Of a DNA stretch of 59,917 nucleotides, positions 47,510 to 58,008 are shown one piece after another. A model generated the notes under the pieces. It saw only the letters and a list, made by a program, of their open reading frames with translations, was not told where the DNA came from and made no database searches. Numbering within the stretch: position 1 is the stretch's first letter; every line of letters begins with the position of its first letter. The stretch lies in IMG/VR virus record IMGVR_UViG_3300026097_000024, positions 1 through 59,917 of that record; one strand, written 5' to 3'. The translations under genes and the position numbers were made by a program. The DNA comes from a virus (taxonomy: Duplodnaviria; Caudoviricetes).

Positions 47510-48451
47510 ATGAGTGTAAATTCTGGCGGTGATATCAATGCCGCAGACTACAATGGATTGCAAAGCAGAATAGCTAATATATTAGGTAATGGTTCTGGAA
47601 CTTCCGGGTACGGACAAAGTCTTTCAAGTTCTCAAGTCACTGCAAATGTGTCTGATGTTACTGCTGCAAGGATGGATCAGTTAAGAATAGACATGAATAA
47701 GGCTTATGCGCATCAAGAAAACACTAATTCAACATTGGGTAATATACAAGTAGGAAATATTATTGGTGCTGATGCAAGTAATACCGGGTCTACTGCTGGT
47801 GTAGGCACAAGTAATATGACAGATTCCAACAAAGGGATGAATGATTATTTTTCTTTAATGACAACTATCGAAAATAATAAATTTAAAATTGATCCAAATC
47901 AAGCTTCTGTCGAACCTGCAATTACTAGCCAACGCACTACAGCTTGGAACGGAACTATTACCCATTCATTTACTGTTACTTTTAATAATGCTGATCATCG
48001 TAGGCATTTTTTTAATGCTGGGGGAGAAATAAGATTTACTGCAAACATTTCAGGAGGCAGCGGTTCTAAGACCAATGACTGGAGAACAATGTTATCTAAT
48101 ATGGGTATCATAAAATTTAATTATACCAGTACAGTTTCAACAGGCACAGGCACAGGATCTACAATTGGCAATTATGATCTGGATGGTACTTATACACAAA
48201 TATTTCAAAAAACTGGTAGCGGTGTCTATGCTGAAAACGATTATATTGTTAACGCACGGGCTAATTCAACAAGTCAAATAGAGTTTGAAGTAAGATTTCA
48301 AGATGATGATACTGGAGATCAAACTGGTTCAGGTCCTCCTGTAGATGAAAATGTAAACGGAACAATAACTAGCACTATTCAGCAGTTTCGTGCAACTGGG
48401 GCAAATGTTGAAGTAGCAAGTCCTAGCTATTCAAATACCTCCACGCTCTAA
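47510..48451 (+). CDS. Virion structural protein (G/S/T/N-rich), 313 aa
   Basis: Late promoter, SD GAGG, composition typical of virion proteins, RRHFFNAGGEIRF motif. Confidence 0.6.
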   Translation: MSVNSGGDINAADYNGLQSRIANILGNGSGTSGYGQSLSSSQVTANVSDVTAARMDQLRIDMNKAYAHQENTNSTLGNIQVGNIIGADASNTGSTAGVGTSNMTDSNKGMNDYFSLMTTIENNKFKIDPNQASVEPAITSQRTTAWNGTITHSFTVTFNNADHRRHFFNAGGEIRFTANISGGSGSKTNDWRTMLSNMGIIKFNYTSTVSTGTGTGSTIGNYDLDGTYTQIFQKTGSGVYAENDYIVNARANSTSQIEFEVRFQDDDTGDQTGSGPPVDENVNGTITSTIQQFRATGANVEVASPSYSNTSTL

Positions 48452-48458
48452 ATATTCT

Positions 48459-48487
48459 TTGACTTTCTTTTATTTTTCATATATAAT
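48459..48487 (+). promoter_or_regulatory. Sigma70-type promoter at the head of the enzyme cluster
   Basis: TTGACT-17 nt-TATAAT followed by SD AGGAGG. Confidence 0.75.
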
Positions 48488-48504
48488 ATGATTAGGAGGT
48501 TCTT

Positions 48505-48855
48505 ATGGACGAAAGACTTAAAAAAGCTCTTGATTTTTCCAACTACATGGTTACTTTAAATAATCAAAAAAGAGTATTACAGGAAACATTTTATCAAGAT
48601 AGTATTTTGTATTACAAAGGTGGTCAATTCACTGTAAATAAGGAACTAATATGTTTTTGTCGAACAATGTTAGATTCAAATCAAGATCGAATAGTTATAG
48701 TAGATGATAATGACATACCTATTGAAATAGAAGATTTAGAGTCTTTTATGGAAGAAGTGTATGAAACTTACTTTTCTGCATCCAACAAATTTCTTATAGA
48801 ATATAACAAACTTAAAAAAAATAGAAGCGTGGAAAAATTGATTGAACATGAGTAA
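48505..48855 (+). CDS. Hypothetical protein, 116 aa
   Basis: ORF with SD AGGAGG. Confidence 0.7.
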   Translation: MDERLKKALDFSNYMVTLNNQKRVLQETFYQDSILYYKGGQFTVNKELICFCRTMLDSNQDRIVIVDDNDIPIEIEDLESFMEEVYETYFSASNKFLIEYNKLKKNRSVEKLIEHE

Positions 48856-49741
48856 GGGTATTCTAGTATTTGCTAGAAACAACAGTCAAGTTGATTATGT
48901 GAAACAAGCTTATTTTCTAGCAAAACAAGCAAAATCAATTTTAAATCTTCCAACAACTGTTGTTACAGACAGCATAGAATACCTTGTTTCTGCCTATCCA
49001 GATTATACAGAAGTATTTGATAAAATTATAAGCATTGTTTGGAAAGAAGAAGAGTTGAATGAAAACACAACTTTGAGTAAAACAGAAGAACATACCTGGA
49101 AAAATTATTTTGACGGAGTATTTTCTCAAAAAAAACTAGAGTTTAAAAATGAAACACGAACTCTAGCTTACGAATTAACTCCATATGAACAAACACTATT
49201 GCTTGACAGCGATGTAGTGTTAATAGATGATAGTTACCTATATTGTTTTGAACAAAAACAAAATTTTTTAATTTATGACACTGCTTATGATTTAGCTGGA
49301 TTCAGAGATTATTCAGAATTTGATTTTGTAAGCGATACAGGTGTAAAGTTTTATTGGGCAACCTGTGTATTTTTTAGGAAAACTATTGAAAATAAAATAT
49401 TTTTCGATTTATTGCAACACATACAAGAAAATTGGAGGCATTATAATTCTATCTTTCAAATAAATCGCAGTGTGTATCGCAACGATCATGCATTCAGTAT
49501 AGCAATACATATTATGAATGGATATCAAGATGGTAATTTTGCAGGATCTATGCCTGGTAAATTGTTTTATACAACAGACAAAGATATATGTTGGCAAATT
49601 AAGGATGATGAAATTCTAATGTTATTAGAAAAACAAAATCATCTAGGTGAATACACTATGTGCAAATGGAAGGGTAAAACATTGCATGTGATGAACAAAT
49701 TTAGTCTTAACAGATGCATAGATGAGATTATAAATGACTAA
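48848..49741 (+). CDS. GT-A fold glycosyltransferase (GT8/mannosyltransferase-like)
   Basis: KGILVFA, YVKQAY, YELTPYEQTLLLDSD (DxD) and RNDHAFSIA. Confidence 0.7.
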   Translation: MSKGILVFARNNSQVDYVKQAYFLAKQAKSILNLPTTVVTDSIEYLVSAYPDYTEVFDKIISIVWKEEELNENTTLSKTEEHTWKNYFDGVFSQKKLEFKNETRTLAYELTPYEQTLLLDSDVVLIDDSYLYCFEQKQNFLIYDTAYDLAGFRDYSEFDFVSDTGVKFYWATCVFFRKTIENKIFFDLLQHIQENWRHYNSIFQINRSVYRNDHAFSIAIHIMNGYQDGNFAGSMPGKLFYTTDKDICWQIKDDEILMLLEKQNHLGEYTMCKWKGKTLHVMNKFSLNRCIDEIIND

Positions 49742-50564
49742 GGGATTTGTATTATTTGCTGTTGGAAAAGAATATGTAAAACAAGCATATTTGTGTGCAA
49801 TGAGTATTCGTGCTACGGGAAATGAATATCCCATTAGTTTGATCACTTCAGATAGTGTTGTACCAAAATACAGTTCGATATTCGACAAAATTATAGATAT
49901 ACCATGGTACAAAGAAGATAACAGTAGATTTCAAATCGAGCACCGATGGAAAATCTATCATGCTAGTCCTTATGATCAAACCATAGTGCTAGATACAGAT
50001 GTATTGGTCCTACAAAGTCTTGATGTCTGGTGGAAATTTTTAGATAATTATGACTTATATTATCTCGATAAAGCCTATACATATAGAAAACAGCGCATAA
50101 CTACAGACTACTACCGCAAAGCATTTACAGCAAATAAATTGCCAAATATTTATAATGGAATTCATTATTTTAAAAAAAGCGAATTTGCACATAACTTTTA
50201 TAAATGGTTAGAACTTATAGCAAATAATTGGGAACTATTTTACGGACAATATTGTAAAGAACATTATCCAAAAACTCCTAGCATGGATATATCGGTTGCT
50301 ATTGCTAGTAAAATAATGGATTGCGATCATAAAATTACTAATAAAAATAATGAATTTCCTATGTTTATTCATATGAAACCTCATGCACAAAACTGGCATA
50401 ATGTAAGTGAATCATGGCAAAATAAAGTAGGAGTTTATCTCACTGATGACTTGCAATTAAAAATAGGGAATTATCTGCAAAATACTGTGTTTCATTATAC
50501 AGAAAATTCGTTTGTTACTGATAAAATTGTGCAACAATATGAAAAATTTTTAGGTAGAAATTAG
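49734..50564 (+). CDS. GT-A fold glycosyltransferase (paralog of the preceding gene)
   Basis: KGFVLFA, YVKQAY, YHASPYDQTIVLDTD (DxD) and FIHMK. Confidence 0.72.
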   Translation: MTKGFVLFAVGKEYVKQAYLCAMSIRATGNEYPISLITSDSVVPKYSSIFDKIIDIPWYKEDNSRFQIEHRWKIYHASPYDQTIVLDTDVLVLQSLDVWWKFLDNYDLYYLDKAYTYRKQRITTDYYRKAFTANKLPNIYNGIHYFKKSEFAHNFYKWLELIANNWELFYGQYCKEHYPKTPSMDISVAIASKIMDCDHKITNKNNEFPMFIHMKPHAQNWHNVSESWQNKVGVYLTDDLQLKIGNYLQNTVFHYTENSFVTDKIVQQYEKFLGRN

Positions 50565-50565
50565 T

Positions 50566-51141
50566 ATGAATAAGATGTATGTGTGTTTTGATTATAATAC
50601 AGGTGAAATTACACGAATTACAAACAAAGTAGAGCAAAATGAAAATTATGTAGAAGTCGATAGTGAGGATGTGAGGCCATTACAAACAGGCGAAGAATTA
50701 ACATCCTCATACATTGTAAAATATAATTTAAAAGATAATATCTATGAATTTAAAGCCAAAGATAATTTTGAAGTTGATAGTCTAGATATAAACGACATAA
50801 TTTATAAGATTCCAGAAGATACTGTTCCTGATGCTGATTTAACAATAATACAAGATTTTGAAAATACATGTTGGAAATTTTACATAGGTAAAAATTTTAA
50901 AAAAAATATTACTAATCAAGTGGTAAATCTAAATAGAAAATTACACTTTAGCATTACTGCAAAAGACGATCCTAATGTTTTATACAAAACATTTATTTTA
51001 GATTTTGCAGAAACAGTAAGACAACATTATGCGGTTTTGCCTTTTACAGAGTTGTTCGAATACGAACCAGTAGATATAAGCATCTATACAACCAAAAAAT
51101 TTAATACATACCAATTTAAAAGGATTAAGGATGGCAAATAA
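50566..51141 (+). CDS. Hypothetical protein, 191 aa
   Basis: Tightly packed ORF within the operon. Confidence 0.6.
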   Translation: MNKMYVCFDYNTGEITRITNKVEQNENYVEVDSEDVRPLQTGEELTSSYIVKYNLKDNIYEFKAKDNFEVDSLDINDIIYKIPEDTVPDADLTIIQDFENTCWKFYIGKNFKKNITNQVVNLNRKLHFSITAKDDPNVLYKTFILDFAETVRQHYAVLPFTELFEYEPVDISIYTTKKFNTYQFKRIKDGK

Positions 51142-52066
51142 ATTTAGAGTAACAGACTGCGACATAATTTACCTTAGCTATGATGAACCTAACGCAGAAA
51201 AAAATTATTCAGATCTTTGTCAAAAGGTTCCATGGGCGAAGCGTGTACATGGTGTAAAAGGATCTGATTCAGCACACAAAGCATGTGCTGAGATATCAGA
51301 AACAGATAGATTTATAACTGTAGACGGTGACAACATTATAGATCCTGAATTTTTAAATCAAGAATTAGACTTTACTGATCATGCAGACTTAGAACATAAT
51401 GTTATAAGCTGGTGTGGACGAAATGTAGTAAATAGCTTGATGTACGGAAATGGTGGCGTGAAATGTTGGCCAAAGAACTATGTGCTAAACATGCGAACGC
51501 ACGAAAATGCTGATCCAAATAATCTCCATGCACAAGTAGATTTTTGTTGGGATGCAAAATATATTCAAATGAATAGTTGTTATAGCACAATTTACAATAA
51601 CGCAACTCCCCAGCAAGCATGGAGAGCAGGGTTTCGTGAAGGTGTAAAACTTGTGCTAGACAGGGGCGTCAGGTTAGAAAAGACAAATTTTTTACAAAAT
51701 GCACATTGGAAAAATTTACATATGTTATATGTATGGTGCATGGTAGGTGCAGATGTTGAAAACGGACTCTGGGCAATTTACGGAGCACGAAAGGGATTGT
51801 TCTTAACAATGTGTACAGATTGGGATTATGTTCAGGTAAGAGATTTTGATTATTTAAACGATTACTGGGAAAAAACTACAAAAACTATAGCAGAAAAAAA
51901 TCTTATGGAAGAAATACACAAGCTAGGCGAACTTTTAAAGTGTAACTTGAATCTTTCTATAGCTAAAAATCCGTTAGACGGAGAACAAAACAAATTCTTT
52001 AAAAGTTTGTATCAAAATCCTAAAAGAAATCACAGATTAAAACAATTAATTATAGATCCAGAATGA
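51131..52066 (+). CDS. Glycosyltransferase-like protein (GT-A/GT2-like)
   Basis: IIYLSYDEPNA, RVHGVKGSDSAHKA, FITVDGD (DxD), YGNGGVK and AWRAGFREGVKL. Confidence 0.6.
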   Translation: MANKFRVTDCDIIYLSYDEPNAEKNYSDLCQKVPWAKRVHGVKGSDSAHKACAEISETDRFITVDGDNIIDPEFLNQELDFTDHADLEHNVISWCGRNVVNSLMYGNGGVKCWPKNYVLNMRTHENADPNNLHAQVDFCWDAKYIQMNSCYSTIYNNATPQQAWRAGFREGVKLVLDRGVRLEKTNFLQNAHWKNLHMLYVWCMVGADVENGLWAIYGARKGLFLTMCTDWDYVQVRDFDYLNDYWEKTTKTIAEKNLMEEIHKLGELLKCNLNLSIAKNPLDGEQNKFFKSLYQNPKRNHRLKQLIIDPE

Positions 52067-53445
52067 CAAACGAAGAAAGAATTAAGATACTTGAGGATAA
52101 AAGAAAAAAAATAAACAGTATTAGTACGAGTTTTTGTACGGCGAAATGGCTTCAAACTACTCTATATCTACAGAATGGGTATAATCATAGTTGTCACCAT
52201 CCTGCTCCGCACAAAATTCCACTAAAAGAAATAGAAGCAGACCCTGCAGCATTACACAACAGTCAGTATAAAAAAGAACAAAGATTAAAAATGCTAACAG
52301 GAGAACGACCTAGTGAATGTAGCTATTGCTGGAAAATAGAAGATTTAGGCAAAGATTACTTTAGTGATAGGCATTACAAAACAAGCGATACATGGGCCTG
52401 GAATAGGATTGACGAAATTGCCACAAGTGATCCCGCAAAAAATGTATATCCTAGTTACTTAGAAGTATCATTTTCAAATGCATGTAACTTTGCATGTGCT
52501 TATTGTAGTCCAGAGATTAGTTCGAAATGGATGGAAGATATTAAAACGCACGGCCCGTATCCAACTAAACACGGAGCTCATCATTTAGACTATCTAGAAA
52601 AGTCAGGCAAAATGCCTTATAAGAATCGAGATCACAATCCTTATGTAGAAGCATTTTGGAAATGGTTTCCGGACGCATTGCCGCATCTTAAAGTGTTGCG
52701 AATTACGGGCGGCGAACCTACAATGAGCAAAGATACCTGGCGACTATTAGATTATCTAATTGAGAATCCGCACCCAGATTTAGATGTTGCTATCAATACC
52801 AATGCGTGTGTTGAGGAAAAATTAATTGATCGGTTGATTCAAAAAATTAGCGCACTAAAACAAGTTGGTACTAAGGTAGATGTTTATACAAGTTTAGAAA
52901 GCACAGGTAAACAGGCAGAATACGCAAGAGACGGCATGGATTTTTACCAGTGGAAAATTAATGTACATCGCTTGTTAAAAGAAACAGATACTACTGTAGC
53001 AATCATGACCACAATAAATATTTTAAGTTTACCTAGTTTTACAGATTTCTTAGAAACTGTAATGCAATACAGGAAACTTTATAATAAAGCTTTTGAAAAC
53101 AATCGCATCCCTATAAGTATAAACATAATGCATTGGCCACCGCATCTGCAATGCTCATTGTTAAATCGAGAGACCAGACTACAATACGCAGATGTAATTG
53201 AATCATTCGGAAAAAGTTGGCTTAAATATTATTCGCCAGATAAGTATGCACGCATATACCTAGAGGAATTTAACCAAATACAAAGATTTTGTGATTATTT
53301 GCGCAACACAGAATCAGTTTATGATCATAGATCCGATTTTGTAAGATACATACAAGCATACGATAAAAGAAGAAATAAAAATTTTGCCGCAATTTTTCCT
53401 GAATATTGCCATTTAATCGAGGAATGGAATGCCAAAGAAATCTAA
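52063..53445 (+). CDS. Radical SAM protein with an N-terminal auxiliary Cys/His domain
   Basis: CNFACAYC (CxxxCxxC) and ITGGEP; N-terminal CTAKW..SCHHP..ECSYCW. Confidence 0.9.
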   Translation: MTNEERIKILEDKRKKINSISTSFCTAKWLQTTLYLQNGYNHSCHHPAPHKIPLKEIEADPAALHNSQYKKEQRLKMLTGERPSECSYCWKIEDLGKDYFSDRHYKTSDTWAWNRIDEIATSDPAKNVYPSYLEVSFSNACNFACAYCSPEISSKWMEDIKTHGPYPTKHGAHHLDYLEKSGKMPYKNRDHNPYVEAFWKWFPDALPHLKVLRITGGEPTMSKDTWRLLDYLIENPHPDLDVAINTNACVEEKLIDRLIQKISALKQVGTKVDVYTSLESTGKQAEYARDGMDFYQWKINVHRLLKETDTTVAIMTTINILSLPSFTDFLETVMQYRKLYNKAFENNRIPISINIMHWPPHLQCSLLNRETRLQYADVIESFGKSWLKYYSPDKYARIYLEEFNQIQRFCDYLRNTESVYDHRSDFVRYIQAYDKRRNKNFAAIFPEYCHLIEEWNAKEI

Positions 53446-54874
53446 CGAAAGCCTACAACAATATCAGTCTAGAGTTTTAGACAGCAAAAGCAAAAGTTTT
53501 TGCGGCGCTAAGTGGTATAACGCAACTACATGGTTAGGCAGCGGTACAACAGCAAGTTGTCATCATCCTCCTGCACACAAAATTCCCTTAGTAGAAATAG
53601 AAGAAGACTATACAGCTATTCATAATACTAAACACAAAAAAGAAATGCGGCGCATGATGCAAAACGGAGATCGTCCTAGTGAGTGCGAATATTGTTGGAA
53701 AATGGAAGATATGGGCAAAGATTCTGTGAGTGACAGAACCTTTAAAAGTATTATTTACTCTGAAGCAGAATTGCACGAAGCATACGAAACAGATCCAAAT
53801 CAAAGTGTTAATCTAAAAACATTAGAAATTGCATTCGATAGAGTATGCAATCTTGCATGTAGTTATTGCAATGCTAGTTTCTCTACCACATGGGCTAAAG
53901 ATATTAAACAGAACGGTCCATATCAAAATCTAGTAAGCGACGGAGCAGGTGCATTTCACCAAAATGGTGACTGGGCACAGCCGTACAACAACGATGAAGA
54001 CAATCCATACATTCAAGCGTTTTGGAAATGGTGGGATAACGGACTAAACAATAGTTTAGAAGAATTACGCATCACTGGCGGCGAGCCTTTGATGAGTGGT
54101 AATACTTGGAAATTATTTGATTGGTTTAACAAACAAAATACTGATATGCGGTTTGCTATAAACACTAATCTTATTGCAAAAAAGAATATCATAGACGAAC
54201 TAATTAAAAAATCAAAAAATATTAAAAACTTTCACATTTATACAAGTTGCGAAGCAGTACACGATCAAGCAGAATATATTCGTGATGGTTTAGATTATAA
54301 TCTATGGTTAGAGAATGTGAAGAGAATCTTAAATGAAACAGATGCAGAATTACATGTAATGATGACTATCAATAGTTTATGTTTGTTTAGCATTACAGAC
54401 TTTCTTGACCAAATATATGAATTAAAAAAAATAAAAAAAAGCAAAACTCCCACAGTAAGTTTAAACTTATTGCGTTTTCCTAGCTTTCAATCTCCACTAG
54501 TTTTGCCTAATTATATCAAAGATTATCTCCATGCTAGATTAGAATATTGGTATAGTAAAAATAAAAATAAAGAACTTTGGCAAGAACACGAACAGGCCAG
54601 TATAGAACGCTTAATGGATTATCTTGTAACTGTGGATGCTCCACATCGCAGAACAAGTAACCCTATTACTCTTTGGCGAGATTTTAAAACATTCTATAAC
54701 CAGTATGATATGCGTAGGAATAAAAGCATTTATGTTTTTCCTAAGATATTGACTGATTGGATGGATAATATTCCTAATACAGATACAGAAATAAAGGAAC
54801 TAGCAGAAAAAGAAGGATGGATTTTAAAACCAGATCCAGAAAATATTGACGATGCACTTTCATCCTACGATTAG
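53429..54874 (+). CDS. Radical SAM protein (paralog of the preceding gene)
   Basis: CNLACSYC and ITGGEP; N-terminal CGAKW..SCHHP..ECEYCW. Confidence 0.9.
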   Translation: MPKKSNESLQQYQSRVLDSKSKSFCGAKWYNATTWLGSGTTASCHHPPAHKIPLVEIEEDYTAIHNTKHKKEMRRMMQNGDRPSECEYCWKMEDMGKDSVSDRTFKSIIYSEAELHEAYETDPNQSVNLKTLEIAFDRVCNLACSYCNASFSTTWAKDIKQNGPYQNLVSDGAGAFHQNGDWAQPYNNDEDNPYIQAFWKWWDNGLNNSLEELRITGGEPLMSGNTWKLFDWFNKQNTDMRFAINTNLIAKKNIIDELIKKSKNIKNFHIYTSCEAVHDQAEYIRDGLDYNLWLENVKRILNETDAELHVMMTINSLCLFSITDFLDQIYELKKIKKSKTPTVSLNLLRFPSFQSPLVLPNYIKDYLHARLEYWYSKNKNKELWQEHEQASIERLMDYLVTVDAPHRRTSNPITLWRDFKTFYNQYDMRRNKSIYVFPKILTDWMDNIPNTDTEIKELAEKEGWILKPDPENIDDALSSYD

Positions 54875-54888
54875 CAAAAAATTTAAAC

Positions 54889-56154
54889 ATGACGATACAT
54901 TTTAAAGATTCAAATAATTTTTGTGTAGCACCGTGGATGCATCTACATGTGATTAATGATGGGAGAGCATTTGCTTGCTGTCAGACTCCTTTGACTGACG
55001 AGAATAGTTTTGGCAATATTAAGCATCAAACCCTTTTCGAAGTTGTAAATAGTAACCGTGCAAAAAACATGCGCAAAGACATGCTAGAAGGTAACCCTCT
55101 TCCAAGTTCATGTGAGCGTTGTGTTGCAAAACAAAATCATAACATGAATACAATGCGTACAGGATTAAACAGCAAGTGGTTTGACGAAACAGCAGACCTC
55201 ATTGCAAGTACAGCCGATGACGGAACAATACCAGAGCTACAATTAAAATATTGGGATTTTCGTTTCAGTAACTATTGCAATCTCGCTTGTACAACGTGTA
55301 GTCCGTTGTTTAGTACACAGTGGAGTAAAGATTTTAAAAAATTACATCCAGGTGCTGACAAGTACAGCGAAACACGCTTGATTGATTTAAAAGAGGCAAA
55401 CAAATTTTGGGATGATATAGAATATAATCTTGATGCTATGAGCGAGATACACTTTGCAGGAGGTGAACCTTTAATTATGCCAGAGCATTGGCGTATTTTG
55501 GATCTACTTGTTGAGCGTGGAAAATTTAATGTCAATCTAAGGTACAGCACAAACGGCACAACACTTGGAACTAAGAAACAGAATGTCTTAGAGTACTGGA
55601 AGAAGTTTAAGTATGTACATCTAAGTTTAAGCATCGACGGCGCAGGCGATGCATTCGAACACATTAGGTACAAAGGCAAATGGGCATCTACACTTGAAAA
55701 TCTTAAAAAGATTCGATACAGTGGAGCAGTAGACTTTTGGTATCATCCTACCGTTAGTGTGCTTAATATTTTCCGTATTACAGAACTTCACGAAGAATTG
55801 CACAAGAAAGATCTTATCCCTCTAGAAAGTGTACATCCTGAAAGAAGATTTTGTATGGAAAATTATTGGGTAGATAGATTTCATATAAATCCATTGTTTA
55901 CACCGGATTATTATGCTATTACTGTAATGCCTGAAATACTAAAAGAACAAGCAGCAGAAAAATTGACCAAGTATGGTAAAAAATTAGAAGCAGATACGGG
56001 TATTCCATTTCATGGTTGGCAAGGTATCATAGACTTTATGTACCAAGCAGACAATAGTCATTTGTGGCAACAGTTTAAATTGAAATCAAAAAAAATTGAC
56101 TATGTAAGAAACACAAATGTGTTCAAGATAAGTCCGGAATTGCTTTATGAGTAG
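54889..56154 (+). CDS. Radical SAM protein with an N-terminal SPASM/twitch-like domain
   Basis: CNLACTTC, FAGGEP and LSIDG; N-terminal CVAPWMHL...ACC...GNI...CERC. Confidence 0.9.
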   Translation: MTIHFKDSNNFCVAPWMHLHVINDGRAFACCQTPLTDENSFGNIKHQTLFEVVNSNRAKNMRKDMLEGNPLPSSCERCVAKQNHNMNTMRTGLNSKWFDETADLIASTADDGTIPELQLKYWDFRFSNYCNLACTTCSPLFSTQWSKDFKKLHPGADKYSETRLIDLKEANKFWDDIEYNLDAMSEIHFAGGEPLIMPEHWRILDLLVERGKFNVNLRYSTNGTTLGTKKQNVLEYWKKFKYVHLSLSIDGAGDAFEHIRYKGKWASTLENLKKIRYSGAVDFWYHPTVSVLNIFRITELHEELHKKDLIPLESVHPERRFCMENYWVDRFHINPLFTPDYYAITVMPEILKEQAAEKLTKYGKKLEADTGIPFHGWQGIIDFMYQADNSHLWQQFKLKSKKIDYVRNTNVFKISPELLYE

Positions 56155-56983
56155 CATACCAAAACAAACATTGTCTAATTGGTCGCGATTGACACCTGCA
56201 AATGTGAATACATTGGAGGATTTAAAACCTTTCGGCGCACTAGACCTAAAAATATTTAATCAGGTAATAAAAGAACAATCTATACCGCCCTATCAAATAA
56301 AAATTTTGCAACCCCGAGAAAGTAAATTCTGGAAGAAAAATCCATGGCAGTATACCATAAATGAATACAATTTTCGTGATGTATGGGATTTCGAAGATAC
56401 TAGAAAACGCATAGGCTTTTTTGGTTGCAGTTTTACTGCAGGAGAAGGTATAGAATCGTCTGATTTACATGTGAACATAGTGGCCAAACATTTTAATCTA
56501 AATGTTTTTAACTTCGGAGCAGGAGGGGCAAGCATTGAACGGGTTGCAAGAACCTTTAGTGCAGTCAATGGTTTGTTAGATTTAGATTATGCCGTTGTAA
56601 CTTTACCTACATGGTATAGACAATTGCACATTGATGAATTAGGTAATATGGTAAATCTAATTCCTTCTTGGATTTGCCAAGGATATAAAAAATTAGGAAG
56701 AATAATGACATCTTTAGATGAAGATTATTATGCCATTAGAGCAGCATCTAATATAAATTGGATTTATGATATTGCTAAACATAAAGGTATAAAAATATTA
56801 TTCAGTTCTTGGGATCACACTACTAATGAATTTTGCAAACACATTGCCACAGATTATACCATTAATCCTTTTCCTAATATAGATGACAAAAAAGCAAGAG
56901 ACAGGTTACACCCGGGAGTAAAATCGCAACAGGCACATGCAGATCAAATAATAAAGGGAATAAATGATAGAGCTTGGATTTAG
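56147..56983 (+). CDS. SGNH/GDSL-like hydrolase or acyltransferase
   Basis: FFGCSFTAG (block I), NFGAGGAS (block II) and DRLHPG (block V DxxH). Confidence 0.7.
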   Translation: MSSIPKQTLSNWSRLTPANVNTLEDLKPFGALDLKIFNQVIKEQSIPPYQIKILQPRESKFWKKNPWQYTINEYNFRDVWDFEDTRKRIGFFGCSFTAGEGIESSDLHVNIVAKHFNLNVFNFGAGGASIERVARTFSAVNGLLDLDYAVVTLPTWYRQLHIDELGNMVNLIPSWICQGYKKLGRIMTSLDEDYYAIRAASNINWIYDIAKHKGIKILFSSWDHTTNEFCKHIATDYTINPFPNIDDKKARDRLHPGVKSQQAHADQIIKGINDRAWI

Positions 56984-57929
56984 AAATATTGAAAATGATG
57001 TTAAATTTATCTATATAGAGCCATACAAAACAGAGTTAGCAAATGTTTGGCTTAGCCAGCTTGACAGATTGTTAGAAACACACAGCGAAAAGATATTTCA
57101 AAAAAATTTTAGTCTTTTGGGATTTCACAACAATTATAGAACTATAGAACACATTTGTGATGATCTTGAGCGCAGCATTGCTGTCATAAACAAATATTCC
57201 GATTATAAAATTTTACAAGATTTTTCTCCGCTAAGATATGGTTACAATCAAGAACTACTTAATCTTTTACATCATCATTTCGAAGTTACTCAAGGACAAT
57301 TATGGAATCCGGGTAGTGTAATAGCTCAATCAAACGGGGCAACTAGATTATCGATCTGTTATCTCAACCATTGTTGTCACGAACTTGAAGCGTGGTATGA
57401 CACCGCCGCCTTAAAAAATACAAAATGTTTTAACGGTTATTTTTATTATAATCTTTTAGGAATACAAGAGCGCATAGAGTTAGACCCTAAATTTAAATCG
57501 CAATTCGTAAAAAACATTGAGGACGGGCTAGTATATTTGCACTATGCACAAACAGGAAAGACTTGGTATGAAGCATATTTAGACAACGATGATATTGTGG
57601 GAACTGATGGTATATCAGAACACCGAGTAATAAGCGGAGAATTTAACTGTTATTTTGGCACAGGTTATGAATTACCTACAGACGAAAAATTTACCATTTG
57701 GTTAGAAAGTAAAGGAGTAGATCCAAACGATCAACAACTTGCACTTGGTTATGCGCCTATAGGACAAATAAAAAATTGTCCCCACGATGAAGCCCAAGAC
57801 TTTTTTAAAGAATTTACAGACTTTTACAGTATACGATATAATAATCGTACAATTGAATATGATTTTAGGCATACAGACGAAATTTACATAAAACTTCTTA
57901 CAGACTTATGGAGTAAATGGGGCCAATAA
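56964..57929 (+). CDS. Hypothetical protein with His-rich motifs, 321 aa
   Basis: ORF overlapping the upstream gene; motifs LNLLHHHFE and LNHCCHELE. Confidence 0.6.
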   Translation: MIELGFRNIENDVKFIYIEPYKTELANVWLSQLDRLLETHSEKIFQKNFSLLGFHNNYRTIEHICDDLERSIAVINKYSDYKILQDFSPLRYGYNQELLNLLHHHFEVTQGQLWNPGSVIAQSNGATRLSICYLNHCCHELEAWYDTAALKNTKCFNGYFYYNLLGIQERIELDPKFKSQFVKNIEDGLVYLHYAQTGKTWYEAYLDNDDIVGTDGISEHRVISGEFNCYFGTGYELPTDEKFTIWLESKGVDPNDQQLALGYAPIGQIKNCPHDEAQDFFKEFTDFYSIRYNNRTIEYDFRHTDEIYIKLLTDLWSKWGQ

Positions 57930-57973
57930 ATATTCCTTAAAAATAAAAGGACTTTTGTAATTACAAAAATTTG

Positions 57974-58002
57974 TTGACTAGTGTGTTAATATATGTTAGA
58001 AT
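57974..58002 (+). promoter_or_regulatory. Sigma70-type promoter, probably producing a leaderless mRNA
   Basis: TTGACT-17 nt-TAGAAT with an extended -10 TG; the ATG begins 7 nt after the -10 box. Confidence 0.65.
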
Positions 58003-58008
58003 AATATT

